Part shown: piece by piece, positions 1 to 63,371 of the stretch
Numbering within the stretch: position 1 is the stretch's first letter
Layout of the letters: each line of letters opens with the position of its first letter
Assembly: GCA_951406725.2 (NCBI GenBank)
Contig: OX597821.1
Coordinates: 111,166,001 to 111,230,000 of the forward strand
DNA: 64,000 nt
Source of the DNA: Octopus vulgaris
Lineage: Eukaryota
Reading direction: 5' to 3'
Notes under the pieces: generated by a model
Told to the model about the DNA's origin: nothing
Database searches by the model: none
Seen by the model: only the letters and a program-made list of their open reading frames with translations
Position numbers and translations under genes: made by a program

Positions 1-492
1 ACTGGTACTTAATTTATTGACCCTGAAAGTAATGAAAGGCAAAGTCGACCTTGGTGGAATTTGAACTCAGAACGTAAAGACAGACGAAATACCGCTAAGC
101 ATTTTGCCTGGTGTGCTAACGTTTCTGCCAGCTCGCTGCCAGTATACTAATACAAAACAGAATGCTGTGTGACTTTTACCTGAGAATGTACCTTAAGAAT
201 GTAAAAATATAAAACAAAGCTATGTAGGCCTATAGGCCAACTTATGACCAAATCGACTTACAACCAATCAGTCGGAACCAACTGTGGTCGTAAGTCGACG
301 GCAACCTGTATATTGCTTGATGGGTTATCATGTTACTGCTTACATAACAGAATACTATCCCATTGTTCTTTGAATTAAATACCATAGGCTATAGGCACAA
401 TCATGGTTATGCTTCCTTGTAATGTTAGAACCTTGTCCAGCCCTTTGTTTCCAGCATCTCAACTTAATTTCCCCCAATTTCTGTATTTACAG

Positions 493-680
493 GTGGCTCA
501 GTGACCGCTGGTCTTGGTATTTATGACACAATGCAGTATGTGCAGCCGCCTATCGCCACGTGGTGCGTTGGTCAGGCCTGTAGCATGGCATCACTGCTTT
601 TGTCGGCAGGAACACCAGGAATGAGGCATTCATTGCCAAATTCTAGAATTATGATTCATCAACCTTCAGGACAAGTTGGG
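493..680 (+). CDS. CLPP: CLPP exon with catalytic Ser (582-584) and His (657-659)
   Basis: tttacag|GT..GGG|gtaagt; GQACSMA and IMIHQP motifs. Confidence 0.95.
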
Positions 681-3354
681 GTAAGTAACTGTTACTTGTT
701 ATAACATACATATATATATATATAGATACATATACATATGTATATATATCATCATCATATATATATGTATGTATGTGTATATATACATTCATATACATGT
801 ATACCTTGGCTTAAGTCATTTTCGATTACATGTCGGTTTTCAAAAATAATATGTGGAAAAATAAAAATCAGGTTAATTCATTTTGCTCGACTTTACGTCT
901 GTCCACCACAAATATTGGAATCGCAAAATCACTAGAAAACCGTTAAAAGCACATAAAATCATGTTACTGTACAATAGATAAGAATAAAAGAATATAAAAT
1001 CATATTAAAATGTGTACAGTAAATGTTAAGATACACACCATAAAGTAGTGTAGCTTAGTGAATGAAATCAACTGTCTTATTTATCGGTCTTTCAGAGCTC
1101 ATATTGCACTGTAGTTCCAATATCTAGTGTTAGGTGTCGTTGTCACTCATGATAACCGCGATTGTATTGAATTCAGATTTGTTTACATCTTTTTATCAGC
1201 TACATTCTCATTCTCATTCATCAGTGTCTTTATTTTAAGCCCCTATGGCCCCTAAGAAAATTCATAGTGAAAGTGCTAAGTATTATGCTATAATGCTGGA
1301 AGTTCAGAACTGGGAATTTTTATTATTGGTTTAGCATAGAGACAAGTAAATTCAGCCTAGCCTAGCCTAGAAACAGGTTACTTTGACTTAAGTTGTGTCT
1401 CCTGGAACCAGTTAATGACGTAAGGTGAGGTATGCATGTATCCGGCAAGCCAAGTGAGACCATAACCTTGTGTCCTAAGCCAGGGGTGTAACCAGCCCAC
1501 TTATGTGTACCTTCCCTTCATTGGACACTGCTTGTGAAGACCTGTTGAGGCAAGTGAAATCGAAATCAAATTCGATGACTGGATTCGTGCTAGTGGAGCA
1601 CTAAGAGCATCATCCGAGCATGATCATTGCCAGAGTGGCTAACTGGCACATAAAGAGCACCATTCGAGCGTGATTGTTATCAGCGTTGCCTTAATGGCAC
1701 TTGTGCTGGTGTGCAGGTGAGACATAAAATATTTAAAAAAATTTTTTTTTAAATGGTCTTTTTTTTTTGTGGCTGTTGCCAGTACCACCTGACTAGCCCC
1801 CGTACCGGTGTCATGTAAAAAGCACCCACTACCCCCTCGGAGTGGTTGGCGTTAGGAAGGGCATCCAGCTGTAGAAACTCTGCCAGATCAAGATTGGAGC
1901 CTGGTGCAGCCATCTGGTTCGCCAGTCTTCAGTCAAATGTCCAACCCATGCTAGCATGGAAAGCGGACATTAAATGATGATGATGATAATATATAGAGCG
2001 TAGGCTCGAAACATTAAAGACTTTTTCACTTCCCGAGTGTTAAACTAATACATCTGTTTGTTGTCTATAGCACCTGCCTTTGTCTTGTTTTTTTGTGAAT
2101 TCTCCCTATACATATATATATATATATATATATAATCATCATCATCGTTTAACGTCTGCTTTCCATGCTGGCATGGATTGGATGGTTTGAGGACTGGCAA
2201 GCCAGAAAGCCGCACCAGGCTCCAATCTGATCTGGCAAAGTTTCTACAGCTGGATGCGCTTCCTAACACCAACCACTCCAACAGTGTAGTGGGTGCTTTT
2301 ACGTGCCACCGGCATGATGGCCAGTCAGGCGGTACTGGCATCGGCCATGCTCAAATTGTGCTTTTTACGTGCCACCTGCACAGGACCCAGTCCAGCGGCA
2401 CTGGCAACAACCACACTCGAATGGTGCTTTTTACATGCCACCAGCGTAGGAGTCAGTCAGCAGTCCTGGCAACGATCACACTTGAATGGTGCTTTTAACA
2501 CTCCACTGGCACGGGTGCCAATCAGGTGGTACTGTCATCAGCCACAACAGCAATCTCACTTGCCTTAACAGATCTTTGCAAGCATAGTTTATTGTCCAAT
2601 GATTGAAGGGTACTCTTAAATGGGCTGGCATAGGCCATGGTTATGGTCTCACTTGGCTTGCCAGGTCTTCTCAAGCACAGCATATCTCCAAAGATCTCGG
2701 TCACTTTTCATTGACTCCGTGAGGCCCAATGTTTGAAGGTCATGCTTCACCACCTCATCTCATGTCTTCTTGGGTCTACCTCTTCCTCAGGCTCCCTCAA
2801 CTGCTCGGGTGTGACACTTCTTCACACAGCTGTCCTCATCCATTCAGAACACATGACCATAGAATAAGTGCTAGGCTTACAACGAATAAGTCCTGGGGTT
2901 GATTTATGCAACTAAAAACAGTACTCCAGCATGGCCACAATCAAATGACTGTAACAAGTAAAAGAATAAAGAATAAAGGAATATGCATGCATGTTGAAGC
3001 AGAGTACAGCTGGTCTGACGACATTGTTCTAATGTTTTTTTTTTCTGTTGTTTCGTTTTATTTTTACCAGGGTAAAGCTACAGATATAATGATCCATGCC
3101 GAAGAGATCCTGAAACTAAAGTCACAGCTGAATAACTTGTATGTAAAACACACCAAACAGCCATTGGAAAACATTGGTAAGTTCAGAGCTTGGGGAAAAT
3201 GTTTAGTTAGTATTTTCAGTGGTTGAAAGGGCATCCAGCTGTAGAAACCTTACCAGATCAGATTGGAGCCTGGTGCAGCCTCCTGGCTCTCCAGATCTCA
3301 GTCAAACCATCAAAACCACGCCAGCATGGAAAGCAGACGTAAAACGGCGACGAC

Positions 3355-3392
<38 letters not shown>

Positions 3393-3915
3393 TATTATTA
3401 TTATTATATACATATAGATGTAAGCATGTACATATACATATGTATATATGCATATATTATATATATATATATAACGCCATGTTGAATCGTTAGCCCCTAC
3501 ACGCAATTTTTTTCTCTCCTTGTTTCTTTTCTGTGTATCTTTCTGTCGAAGAGCATAGGCTCGAAACATAAAAGACTTGTTTTATTTCTATTCCTGAGCG
3601 CCATACTAATACATTATTTGTTTGTACTCCACCTGCCTTTTATTTATTTTCGTAAACCTGCCTTCGTCTTTTGTTTATTTTCATAAACCTTCCCGTTATA
3701 TATATATATATATATACACACACATATATATACACACACACACATGTACACATACATACTCTCATATATATTTATTATTTCATCTTTTTTCAGAGAAAAA
3801 TATGGAATCAGATAAATTCATGAGTCCAAATGAGGCATTGGAATTTGGTCTTATTGATAGTGTTCTTGAACATCCACCGAGCATAGGAGAAGAGAAATCT
3901 CCTAGCAAATCTTAG
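493..3915 (+). CDS. CLPP: ATP-dependent Clp protease proteolytic subunit, mitochondrial; 3' part (exons 493-680, 3071-3176, 3794-3915; 5' exons upstream of window)
   Basis: Spliced translation [38 protein letters not shown]|[26 protein letters not shown]|[29 protein letters not shown] has the ClpP Ser/His/Asp triad motifs. AG/GT sites and phases are consistent. Confidence 0.96.
1440..1986 (+). mobile_element. Abundant interspersed retro-element with internal sub-repeats and (GAT)n tail; other copies about 2135-2560, 6720-7070, 14930-15190, 33545-33850, 38675-39255, 43380-43750, 58700-59000, 62700-62870
   Basis: Recurrent gcacccactacactc..ggttggcgttaggaagggcatccagctgtagaaac..ccaacccatgctagcatggaaagcggacgttaaacgatgatgat on both strands. 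Confidence 0.8.
3071..3176 (+). CDS. CLPP: CLPP exon (handle helix)
   Basis: ttaccag|GGT..ATTG|gtaag; 106 nt; [35 protein letters not shown]. Confidence 0.95.
3472..3697 (+). mobile_element. (TA)n-flanked non-autonomous element with hammerhead-like core (Penelope-type); truncated copy at 1995-2106
   Basis: tcttt-CTGTCGA-a-gagc atag gctc-GAAA-cata-aaaga at 3538-3575. Confidence 0.55.
3794..3915 (+). CDS. CLPP: CLPP last coding exon with catalytic Asp (3811-3813), stop TAG
   Basis: ttttcag|AG AAA AAT ATG GAA TCA GAT; phase matches previous exon; [15 protein letters not shown]. Confidence 0.93.
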
Positions 3916-4030
3916 CATCCTCTCCTTTCTTGATTTTTAAAAAAATCTAAGAAAAATGAATATATTTTTTATTTCATCAAAACAAAGGACAAATTTTGTA
4001 TTGTGCTTTTTGATTTTTTTTTTTATTTAG

Positions 4031-4040
4031 ATTAAATAAA
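4031..4040 (+). promoter_or_regulatory. Candidate CLPP polyadenylation signal (overlapping ATTAAA/AATAAA)
   Basis: About 120 nt after the stop, followed by a T/GT-rich tract. Confidence 0.5.
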
Positions 4041-4692
4041 TTGTTTTTCTAATTGTAATTTGTTTTGTTTTTTTTGTATTTTGTTTACTTATTTAAATGT
4101 TGTCTGGCCAAATTCCTGATATATGAGAATTTCTGTAGAATTGTCAATATAGTAGGTGTGACTGTGTGGTAGGAAGTTTGCTTCCCAATCACATGGTTCT
4201 GGGTTCAGTCCCACTGCGTGGCACCTTGGGCAAATGTTTTCTATTATAGCCTCGAGCTGACCAAAGCCTTTTGAATGGATTTGGTAGACAGAAACTGAAA
4301 GAAAGGAGCCCTTTGTGTATATTTAAGAAGAAGGACTTCCTTTGGTCGTGAATGACCATGGGATTGCACCAAGAAAGTTACCCTCCGAGGCACAAGCCTG
4401 AGCAAGATTATTTATGGAAGACCAACAGTCACCCATGCATACCAGCCTTGCCTCTGCACACCACTGATGTTATCCAAGGGAAAGGCAGAGGCCGATACAG
4501 CTTAACACCAAGGATGTCGTAACTCCTTTCTACAGCTGAGTGAACTGGAACAACATGAAATAAAGGGTTTTGTTCAAGAACATAATAAATACACAGTTTG
4601 ATCTAGGAATTGAACTCACTATCTCATGATTATGAGCCTGATGCTCTAACTACTGAGCCAAATTTGTGTGTGTGCATGTGTCATTGCATCTT

Positions 4693-4889
4693 GTTCTATA
4701 TTTTAGAGATGAGGAATTCTGTACATTATTTACATTATTTATATTGGATGGGGATGTTCTCATCTTGTTTATTGTTACTACAATGTTTCGGCGGATTTAC
4801 TCTCCAGCTTTCATCAGGTGCCCTGGTAGAATTTTGAACCCAACCCTGGGTTCTCATACCTAAGGTATTTTACTGATGTTATTATTATT
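4693..4889 (-). mobile_element. Single 3' fragment of the tRNA-head/hammerhead element family
   Basis: Reverse complement matches 40080-40259 and 60990-61161, including cacCTGATGA..cgccGAAAcatt. Confidence 0.75.
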
Positions 4890-5791
4890 AGCATGCTGGG
4901 CGAAATGCGTAGCCGTATTTCGCCTGTCGTTACGTTCTGAGTTCAAATTCAGCCAAGGTTGACTTTGCCTTTCATCCTTTCGGGGTCGATAAATTAAGTA
5001 CCAGTTGTGCACTGGGTTCGATGTAATCGACTTAATCTATTTGTCTGTCCTTGTTTGTCCCCTCTGTGTTTAGCCCCTTGTGGGTAGTAAAGAAATAGGT
5101 AATAAAATTTTGAGTGGGTATTTCCCCTTCTTTCGTTCAGCGTGTTAAGGATTATTAGTTGTGGAGCTCAGGTCCAGACATGAGTTATTTCCATTTGGTT
5201 TGAGTTAACAGGATTAACGTTACAGTATATTTCTTAGAGCAGTGGTTTCCAAAGCGTGCAAGTCTGCTCCCTTGGGGACAGTGGAAAGATCCAGGGGAGG
5301 AGGCGTTGAAGGAAAGTGGGATGATAATGGTATGACCAAAATGGAGTGATAGATGTAAAAATAATATATATTGATAGGTTAATTAGGTTTAAGTTTTATT
5401 TGTGAAATACAGTTGTTTTGAATTTGCTGCAGAAAATGGTTTATATTTGTTGTGGTAGTTCTCCATGCTGATCTCTGTCTCTGATATTGAAAAAGGTCAG
5501 CAGACTGACACAACTAAAATGCCATTTCTCTCTTATTTCTATATTTCTTTCTTCCTAAATACAAAAGTTAAAAGCAGTCACTGTTGTTGCCCCCTCCCCC
5601 CGTCAGGCCTAAGATCAAAGGTTTTCCAAAAGTCTTTCTTTAAAACAATTGGAAAAATATCCAATATTGTGTAGTTTTTCTCTTCAAGATGATAAAGTGT
5701 GATTTAAGAAACATCTGGCTGCTCTTTCTTACAGGTCAAGTAGCTCTGCAGTAAATCATCACCCACCCCTCTGACTTGAAAATAAATTTGT

Positions 5792-33104
<27,313 letters not shown>

Positions 33105-33543
33105 TTTGCCTTCATATAAACTAAGAGAACGATGTCTCGAATGGTCTTCTTGTCAAATTTATTCTCTAATATTCAGTGTGTGACCTAAATTGTGCTTCTA
33201 TTTTTATAAAGATAATTTTACAAACGAAAATAATTATCTTGCATATCATTATCATTTATAACCCAAAGGTTAATTTTCATCCTTTATCATGTGTTACAGT
33301 ATTAATAACATCAATAACAAAAAAAAAAAGGTGGCAAGATCTTAGCTGTGATTGGTTAATTATTGAAGTTGAAGGCCATTGATATTTTTCCATTTGGAGG
33401 TGATCACCAGGGGGCTTTGTTAAAAGATGAACTGTTTCTAGAGTTGTTGTTAGCTTTCCAACATGTTTTACCAACCTACAACAGAGGCTAGGGCTATATG
33501 TACCTTTCTGTTATCTTGCCATGTCTCTATGTCCATATATTTA

Positions 33544-33576
<33 letters not shown>

Positions 33577-33930
33577 TTAACGTCCGTTCTCCATGCTAGC
33601 ATGGGTTGGACGGTTTTGACTGAGGGCTGGCAACCAGATGGCTGCACCAGACTCCAGTCTTGATCTTGCAGAGTTTCTACAGCTGGATGCCCTTCATAAC
33701 ACCAACCACTCCGAGAGTGTTGTGGGTGCTTTTTACGTGCCACCTGCACGGGGGCCAGTCAGGCGGCACTGGCAATGACCTTGCTCAAATCTTTTTACAC
33801 GAGCCACCGACACAGGTGCCAGTGAAGCGATGTTGGTAACAATCATGCTCGAATAATGTTTAATGTAAGGAAACAGCTATTGAGAAGTCTATGTTTACAC
33901 ATATATGTCTCTTCTTTAGGTTTTCTTTAT

Positions 33931-34768
33931 AGTGTCATCACCTGTATTCACATGTACCATAGTTTAACTTAACAGTGTTTAGCTTGTAAAGAGAAAGAGC
34001 AAGAGAGAGAGAGATAGATAGGGAGATAGAGAGAAGAGTGTTGTTTATTAACAAGACTAAAACAAATTAAAACTATAAAAACATTCATCAAAAATGTATT
34101 TCTATATTTTGTTGCATACTGGGAGGGTCATCATGCCAATAATAAACATACCCACTGGTTTACTTTCACTTCTTTATCTTTATTTGTCAATATTTCTAGT
34201 GTCATTACCTGTATTCACATGTACCATAGTTTAACTTAACAGTGTTTAGCTTGTAAAGAGAAAGAGCAAGAGAGAGAGAGATAGATAGGGAGATAGAGAG
34301 AAGTGTTGTTTATTAACAAGACTAAAACAAATTAAAACTATAAAAACATTCATCAAAAATGTATTTCTATATTTTGTTGCATACTGGGAGGGTCATCATG
34401 CCAATAATAAACATACCCACTGGTTTACTTTCACTTCTTTATCTTTATTTGTCAATATTTCTAGTGTCATTACCTGTATTCACATGTACCATAGTTTAAC
34501 TTGACTGTGTTTAGCTTGTAAAGAGAAAGAGAGGGAGAGAGAGAGAGGGAGAGAGAGAGAGGGGGAGAGAGAGAGAAGGAGAGAGAGAGAAGGAGATAGA
34601 GAGAAGGGTGTTGTTTATTAACAAGACTAAAACAAATTAAAACTGTAAAAAATATTCATCAAAAATGTATATCTATATTTTGCTGCATACTGGGAGGGTC
34701 ATCATGCCAATAATAAACATACCCACAGGTTTTCTTTCACTTCTTTATCTTTATTTGTCAATATTTCT
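33931..34768. repeat. Tandem triplication (units start 33931, 34198, 34463) with internal (GA)n
   Basis: Three near-identical units of 265-306 bp. Confidence 0.95.
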
Positions 34769-34973
34769 ATAATTGTTAAGGTGGCAAGCATGTGGAACAA
34801 AATACTTAGCGGTGTTTCAGCCATCTTCACATTCTGAGTTCAAATTTTGCTGGGGTCAATTTTGCTTTTCACCCTTTCAGGGTTGACGAAAAAATTACCA
34901 TTCAAGTACTGGGGTTTATGTAATCTTGTGTCTCTCTCCCTCAATTTCAGGTCTTGTGCCTATCCTAGAAAGG

Positions 34974-35790
<817 letters not shown>

Positions 35791-36451
35791 TCATTTACTT
35801 TTAATCTGCATGTTTGATGCAATCACCTGCCGGGGCACACCCAGCGCCCTAGGGCAAGTGAAGGTTAAGAGTTGTTGAAATATAGCTGAAAGCTTGGGGA
35901 GGGGAAGTAGAGAAATATCTCCATGTAATACAAACACACACATTTACATTGATAGGGTTTTCTAAGGATGTGGGCAGTACTTGTTAGCACAATCTTTTGG
36001 ATTTCCTTGAGACATGGTTTTCCAGGGATATTGTCTAGGTGTTTCTGACATCCCTTTTTTATCATACCTAGGGCACCTACAATAACAGGAACAGTTTTTG
36101 TTTTAAGATTCCACATCCTCTGTATTTCGATTTCCAGGTCCTTATATTTACTAAGTTTGTCAAATTCCTTGACAGATACATTTTTATCAGTGGGGACGCT
36201 TACTTCTATTAGTCTGCAGGTATTTTCTTCCCTGTCTTTAACAATTATGTCTGGTCGATTAGCCTTGATCGTTCTGTCAGTGTTGACTGGAAAATCCCAG
36301 AGGATGGTGACATCTTTACCTTCAACAACTGGCTGAGGATGGTGTTCATACCAGTTAGCAGGAGTGTCGGATTTGTAGTGTTTACATATCTTCCAATGTA
36401 TATACTGTCCTACCCTATCGTGGCGATTTTTGTATTCGTTTGGTGTATTCG
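35791..36451 (-). mobile_element. 5'-truncated R4/Dong-clade non-LTR retrotransposon (restriction-like endonuclease domain and 3'UTR)
   Basis: YKNRHDRV..WYEH..LWDF..RPDIIV..LIEVSVP..KLSKYKDL..PVIVGALG..IQKIVLTSTAHILRK (RHD, PD..E, KxxKY motifs). Confidence 0.92.
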
Positions 36452-36492
36452 TTATTATTATCATTATTATTATTATTATTACTACTATTATT

Positions 36493-36551
<59 letters not shown>

Positions 36552-36695
36552 TACTATTATTATTATTATTATTATTATCATTATTATTATTATCATTATT
36601 ATTATTATCATTATTATTATTATTATTATTATCATTATTATTATTATTATTATTATTATCATTATTATTATCATTATTATTATTATTATTACTAC

Positions 36696-36736
<41 letters not shown>

Positions 36737-36788
36737 TTATTATTATTATTATCATTATTATTATCATTATTATTATTATTATTACTAC

Positions 36789-36825
<37 letters not shown>

Positions 36826-36829
36826 TTTA

Positions 36830-36863
<34 letters not shown>

Positions 36864-36895
36864 CATTATTATTATTATCATCATTATTATTATTA
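36452..36895. repeat. About 0.45-kb (ATT)n array
   Basis: Direct reading. Confidence 0.97.
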
Positions 36896-37126
36896 AGGCA
36901 GTGAGCTGGCAGAATTGTTAGCACGCCAGGCGAAATGTTTAGCAGTATTTTGCCCATCACTATGTCCTAAGTTCAAATTCCACCAAGGTTGACTTTGCCT
37001 TTAATCCTTTCAGGGTTGATACAATAAGTACCAGTTACACACTTGGGTCAATGTAATCAACTTAATCCCCTCTCCCCAAGCTGCCCTTGTGGCAAAAATT
37101 TGAAATCATCATCATCATCATCATCA

Positions 37127-37177
<51 letters not shown>

Positions 37178-37374
37178 TATGTTTGACATTTGCTTTACAT
37201 TTGCACAAGGTGGCTCCAAGTCTCACCCAGAGACATCAAGAGACAACAAGTTGGAAGTTTGTGCTGGTGTTATGCCTAGGGTACCATATATTTGGTTTTG
37301 TACTTAGTGTTGTACTAGTGAATGCCTAAAAAACCATACGAAAATTATGTTTGTTTTTAAAACTTGAGATCACA

Positions 37375-37432
<58 letters not shown>

Positions 37433-38159
37433 GTTGTTGTTATTATTATTATTATTTGTTTTTATCTCTTGGTCTTAGGTGTTATGCCTGTCCATTCTGC
37501 TGGAAAGCAAGTCACATCATATGACCTTAGGTATCCAGCACCTTTCTTAAGATTCTTGCTGTCCTTAATAAACTGGCCCTCTTCATAATAGACAAGTTTA
37601 TATCACAACCAAAATGCTCCTTGAATTTTGCAAAACTTATGCCTATGGTACCCAACATGTCAATGACAAGTGGTACTACATTTACACTCTAATAATCATT
37701 AAAATGCTGGACAAAATGCTTAGCAGTATTTCGTCAGTCTTTACATTCTGAATTAAAATTCCTCCAAGGTTGACTTCGCCTTTCATCCAAAATTTCAAAC
37801 AAGGAAAGGCCATCTGCTGGACCTGGATATGAAGAAACCCTGCAGCATCTACTCATTCAATGTTCGAGGATTATTGACTGTGGAGTCCTGTTGAAAAACG
37901 GGGTTATCATGTGTAGGATGGACCCAATTATCAACTGAGTCTATCAGGAAGATCACTCAGCCCACCTTCATTAACCAAGGAAGGGTAAGCAGTTTTCCTT
38001 TGCTCAGTGGAAAGAGTGGAAGAGTTTATGGAGATGGGTGAAAGCGAAAGGGCTGAAAACAAACACTATCTTCCTTTCTTTGGTCAAACCCTCATCAACA
38101 TTTCCAAGGCTCACTTGTAAAGGAAGGTGAGGCACAGCAGGAGGTGCTCTTCTTCAGCA

Positions 38160-38474
38160 TCTCTATATATATAAACGGCAAAATGTCTGTCTGTGTGTGT
38201 GTCCTTTATACAAATCCACAATTTTTCAGTTAGAGGGCTCGCACTTTCTATGGTTATTCAAAACCGTCCAAGGGTGGTCGTGCACATCTTTACATTTCTC
38301 TAGTCACCCGCAAAGCCATTAAAAAATCAATAGAAGTGACTTTTTTGTGAATTTTTTATCCAAAACCCAATCAGAATGCCTGAAACTTAATACGCCAATT
38401 GAATACCAGCTAGCACGCAGCTGTATATGCATGCACTAGCACTATGACCCGGCGTTTCCAGGTCATAGTGCTAG
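38160..38474 (+). mobile_element. Short Helitron-like element
   Basis: a|TC tctatatatataaacggc start; terminal hairpin ctagcactatgacccgg..ccaggtcatagtgCTAG|t. Confidence 0.75.
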
Positions 38475-39695
38475 TATTTATTAAAAGGGGGATGACAGGG
38501 GCTGGAGCATATGGTTCTGCTCTCAGCAAGCATTTATAGGTTGCTTGTGAATGAGAGAACAATAGCTAGATGAGGACTCTTGCTTCTGGTTGTCAAGGAT
38601 GTCCTGGATCTGTAGGATTTTTTGAATGATCCTTAACTGGAGGTCCTTCTGTATGAAGAAGACATTGTTATCATCGGCACATAAAAGGCACAATTCGAGT
38701 GTGATCGTTACCAGCATCGCCTTACTGGCACTTGTGCCCGTGCTAGTAGGGTGCCAAGAGCACCATCTGAGTGTGATCGTTGCCAGAACAGCCAACTGGC
38801 TTCCGTGTCAGTGGCACGTAAAAGGGGCACCATTCGAGCGTGATCGTTACCAGCGTTGCCTTACTGGCACTTGTGCCCATGCTAGTAGGGTGCCCAGCAT
38901 GATCGTTGCCAGAGCAGCCAACTGGCTTCTGTGCCAGTGGCACGTAAAAGGCACCATTCGAGCATGATCATAACCAACATCGTCTTATTGGCACCTGTGC
39001 CGGTGGCATGTGTAAAAAGATTCAAGTGAGGTCATTGCCAGTACTGCCTGACTGGCCCCCATGCCGGTAGCACATAAAAAGCACCCACTACACTCTCATA
39101 GTGGTTGGTGTTAAGAAAGGCATCCAGCTGTAGAAACTCTGTTAAATCAAGATTGGAGCCTGGTGCAGCCATCTGGTTCGCCAGCCCTCAGTCAAAATCG
39201 TTCAACCCATGCTAGCATAGAAAGCGGATGTTAAACAATGATGATGATGATGATGATTATTATCATTGTTGAATGTCCACTTTTCTGTGTTTGCATGGGT
39301 CAGATGGGATTTGTTGAGGCAGATTTTCTGTGGCTGGGTGCCTTTCCTGCCACCAACACTCACCTGATTCCAAGCAAGCTAATATTTCTTCATGGAAGAC
39401 AGGAAATGAACAGCATTTCTCGTATGATGGTGATGCTCAATAACCATCATGACATGAGGTCAAGACAAGGGTGTACACACACACACACATGTACACACAT
39501 ACATGTATACGCACACACACATCTATATACACATATAGAATCTTGTCACAAGACTTTGTTCTACTTGATGCACTTGCCCAACTTACCACATGGTTTGGAA
39601 GTGAGCTTCAGAGTGGTCTCTGAGACTTGATACAGTAAAAAGATTTTTAAAAATCAACAATTTGAGATATTGGATGTCAGAAAATGGAATTATTA

Positions 39696-39848
39696 CGTTA
39701 TTTACATTTGACGGATATTTGTCCCCATCTTGTTTGTTGTTAACACAGTGTTTCAGCTGATATACCCTCCAGCCTTCATCAGGTGTCTTGAGGAAATTTT
39801 GAACCTGGGTTCTCATTCCTAAGGTATTTTTCGATGTTGTTGTTGTTG

Positions 39849-39895
<47 letters not shown>

Positions 39896-40004
39896 CAGGT
39901 CACTGCCTGGAATCGAACTCGGAATCTTGGGGCATATGGCATAGTGGTTAAGAGCGCAGGCTACTAACCCCAAGATTCCGAGTTCGATTCCAGGCAGTGA
40001 CCTA

Positions 40005-40070
<66 letters not shown>

Positions 40071-40259
40071 CGTAATAACATCAAAAAATACCTTAGGAAT
40101 GAGAACCGAGGTTTGAAATTTTCCCAAGACACCTGATGAAGGCTGGAGGGTATATCAGTCAAAATGTTGTGTTATCAACAAACAAGATGAGGACAAATAT
40201 CCGTCAAATGTAAATAATGTAAATAATGTACATAATTCCTCATCTCTTGAATATAGAAC
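39696..40259. mobile_element. Head-to-head inverted dimer of tRNA-head + (AAT)n + hammerhead-core element
   Basis: 39696-39930 is the reverse complement of 39970-40220; Pol III A/B boxes at 39930-40002; CTGATGA cores on both arms. Confidence 0.8.
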
Positions 40260-40630
40260 AATGGAATTATTATTAATAGACTATCTTTGATTGCAAGGGT
40301 GCATGATAACGGCTGATATGGATCTAACCAAAAATATAAGAAAACTGGGTTTTAATGAATATAATTCAGGGTGGGGTCTATGATTTAATATGGTAAAGGA
40401 ATCAGGAAAAAAATTGTCGAAGATATTGGAACTTAGAATTATTGGTCAGTTTTTGGCAGATCTGAGAAGATGCCATTATGGTATTTATTTGGTAATTATC
40501 TTCCAAAATCATATATAATTAACATTCTCAAAATATTGATCAGCAATTAAAACAACAATTAAAAAAAAGAATCAAAGTCAATTTAGTTATTTCCTTCTTC
40601 CACTTATAAATTAATATCAAGTGAATTCTT

Positions 40631-63371
<22,741 letters not shown>

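Noticed and set aside
1840-1900. Twister or HDV-like ribozyme in the (GAT)n-tailed repeat family
   Set aside because: Only resembles sequence that flanks such ribozymes in other retroelements; I could not identify a catalytic core
39930-40002. tRNA gene (possible ACT anticodon)
   Set aside because: Has A/B boxes but a poor acceptor stem and is fused to a repeated tail; a SINE head, as are the other tRNA-like heads in the window
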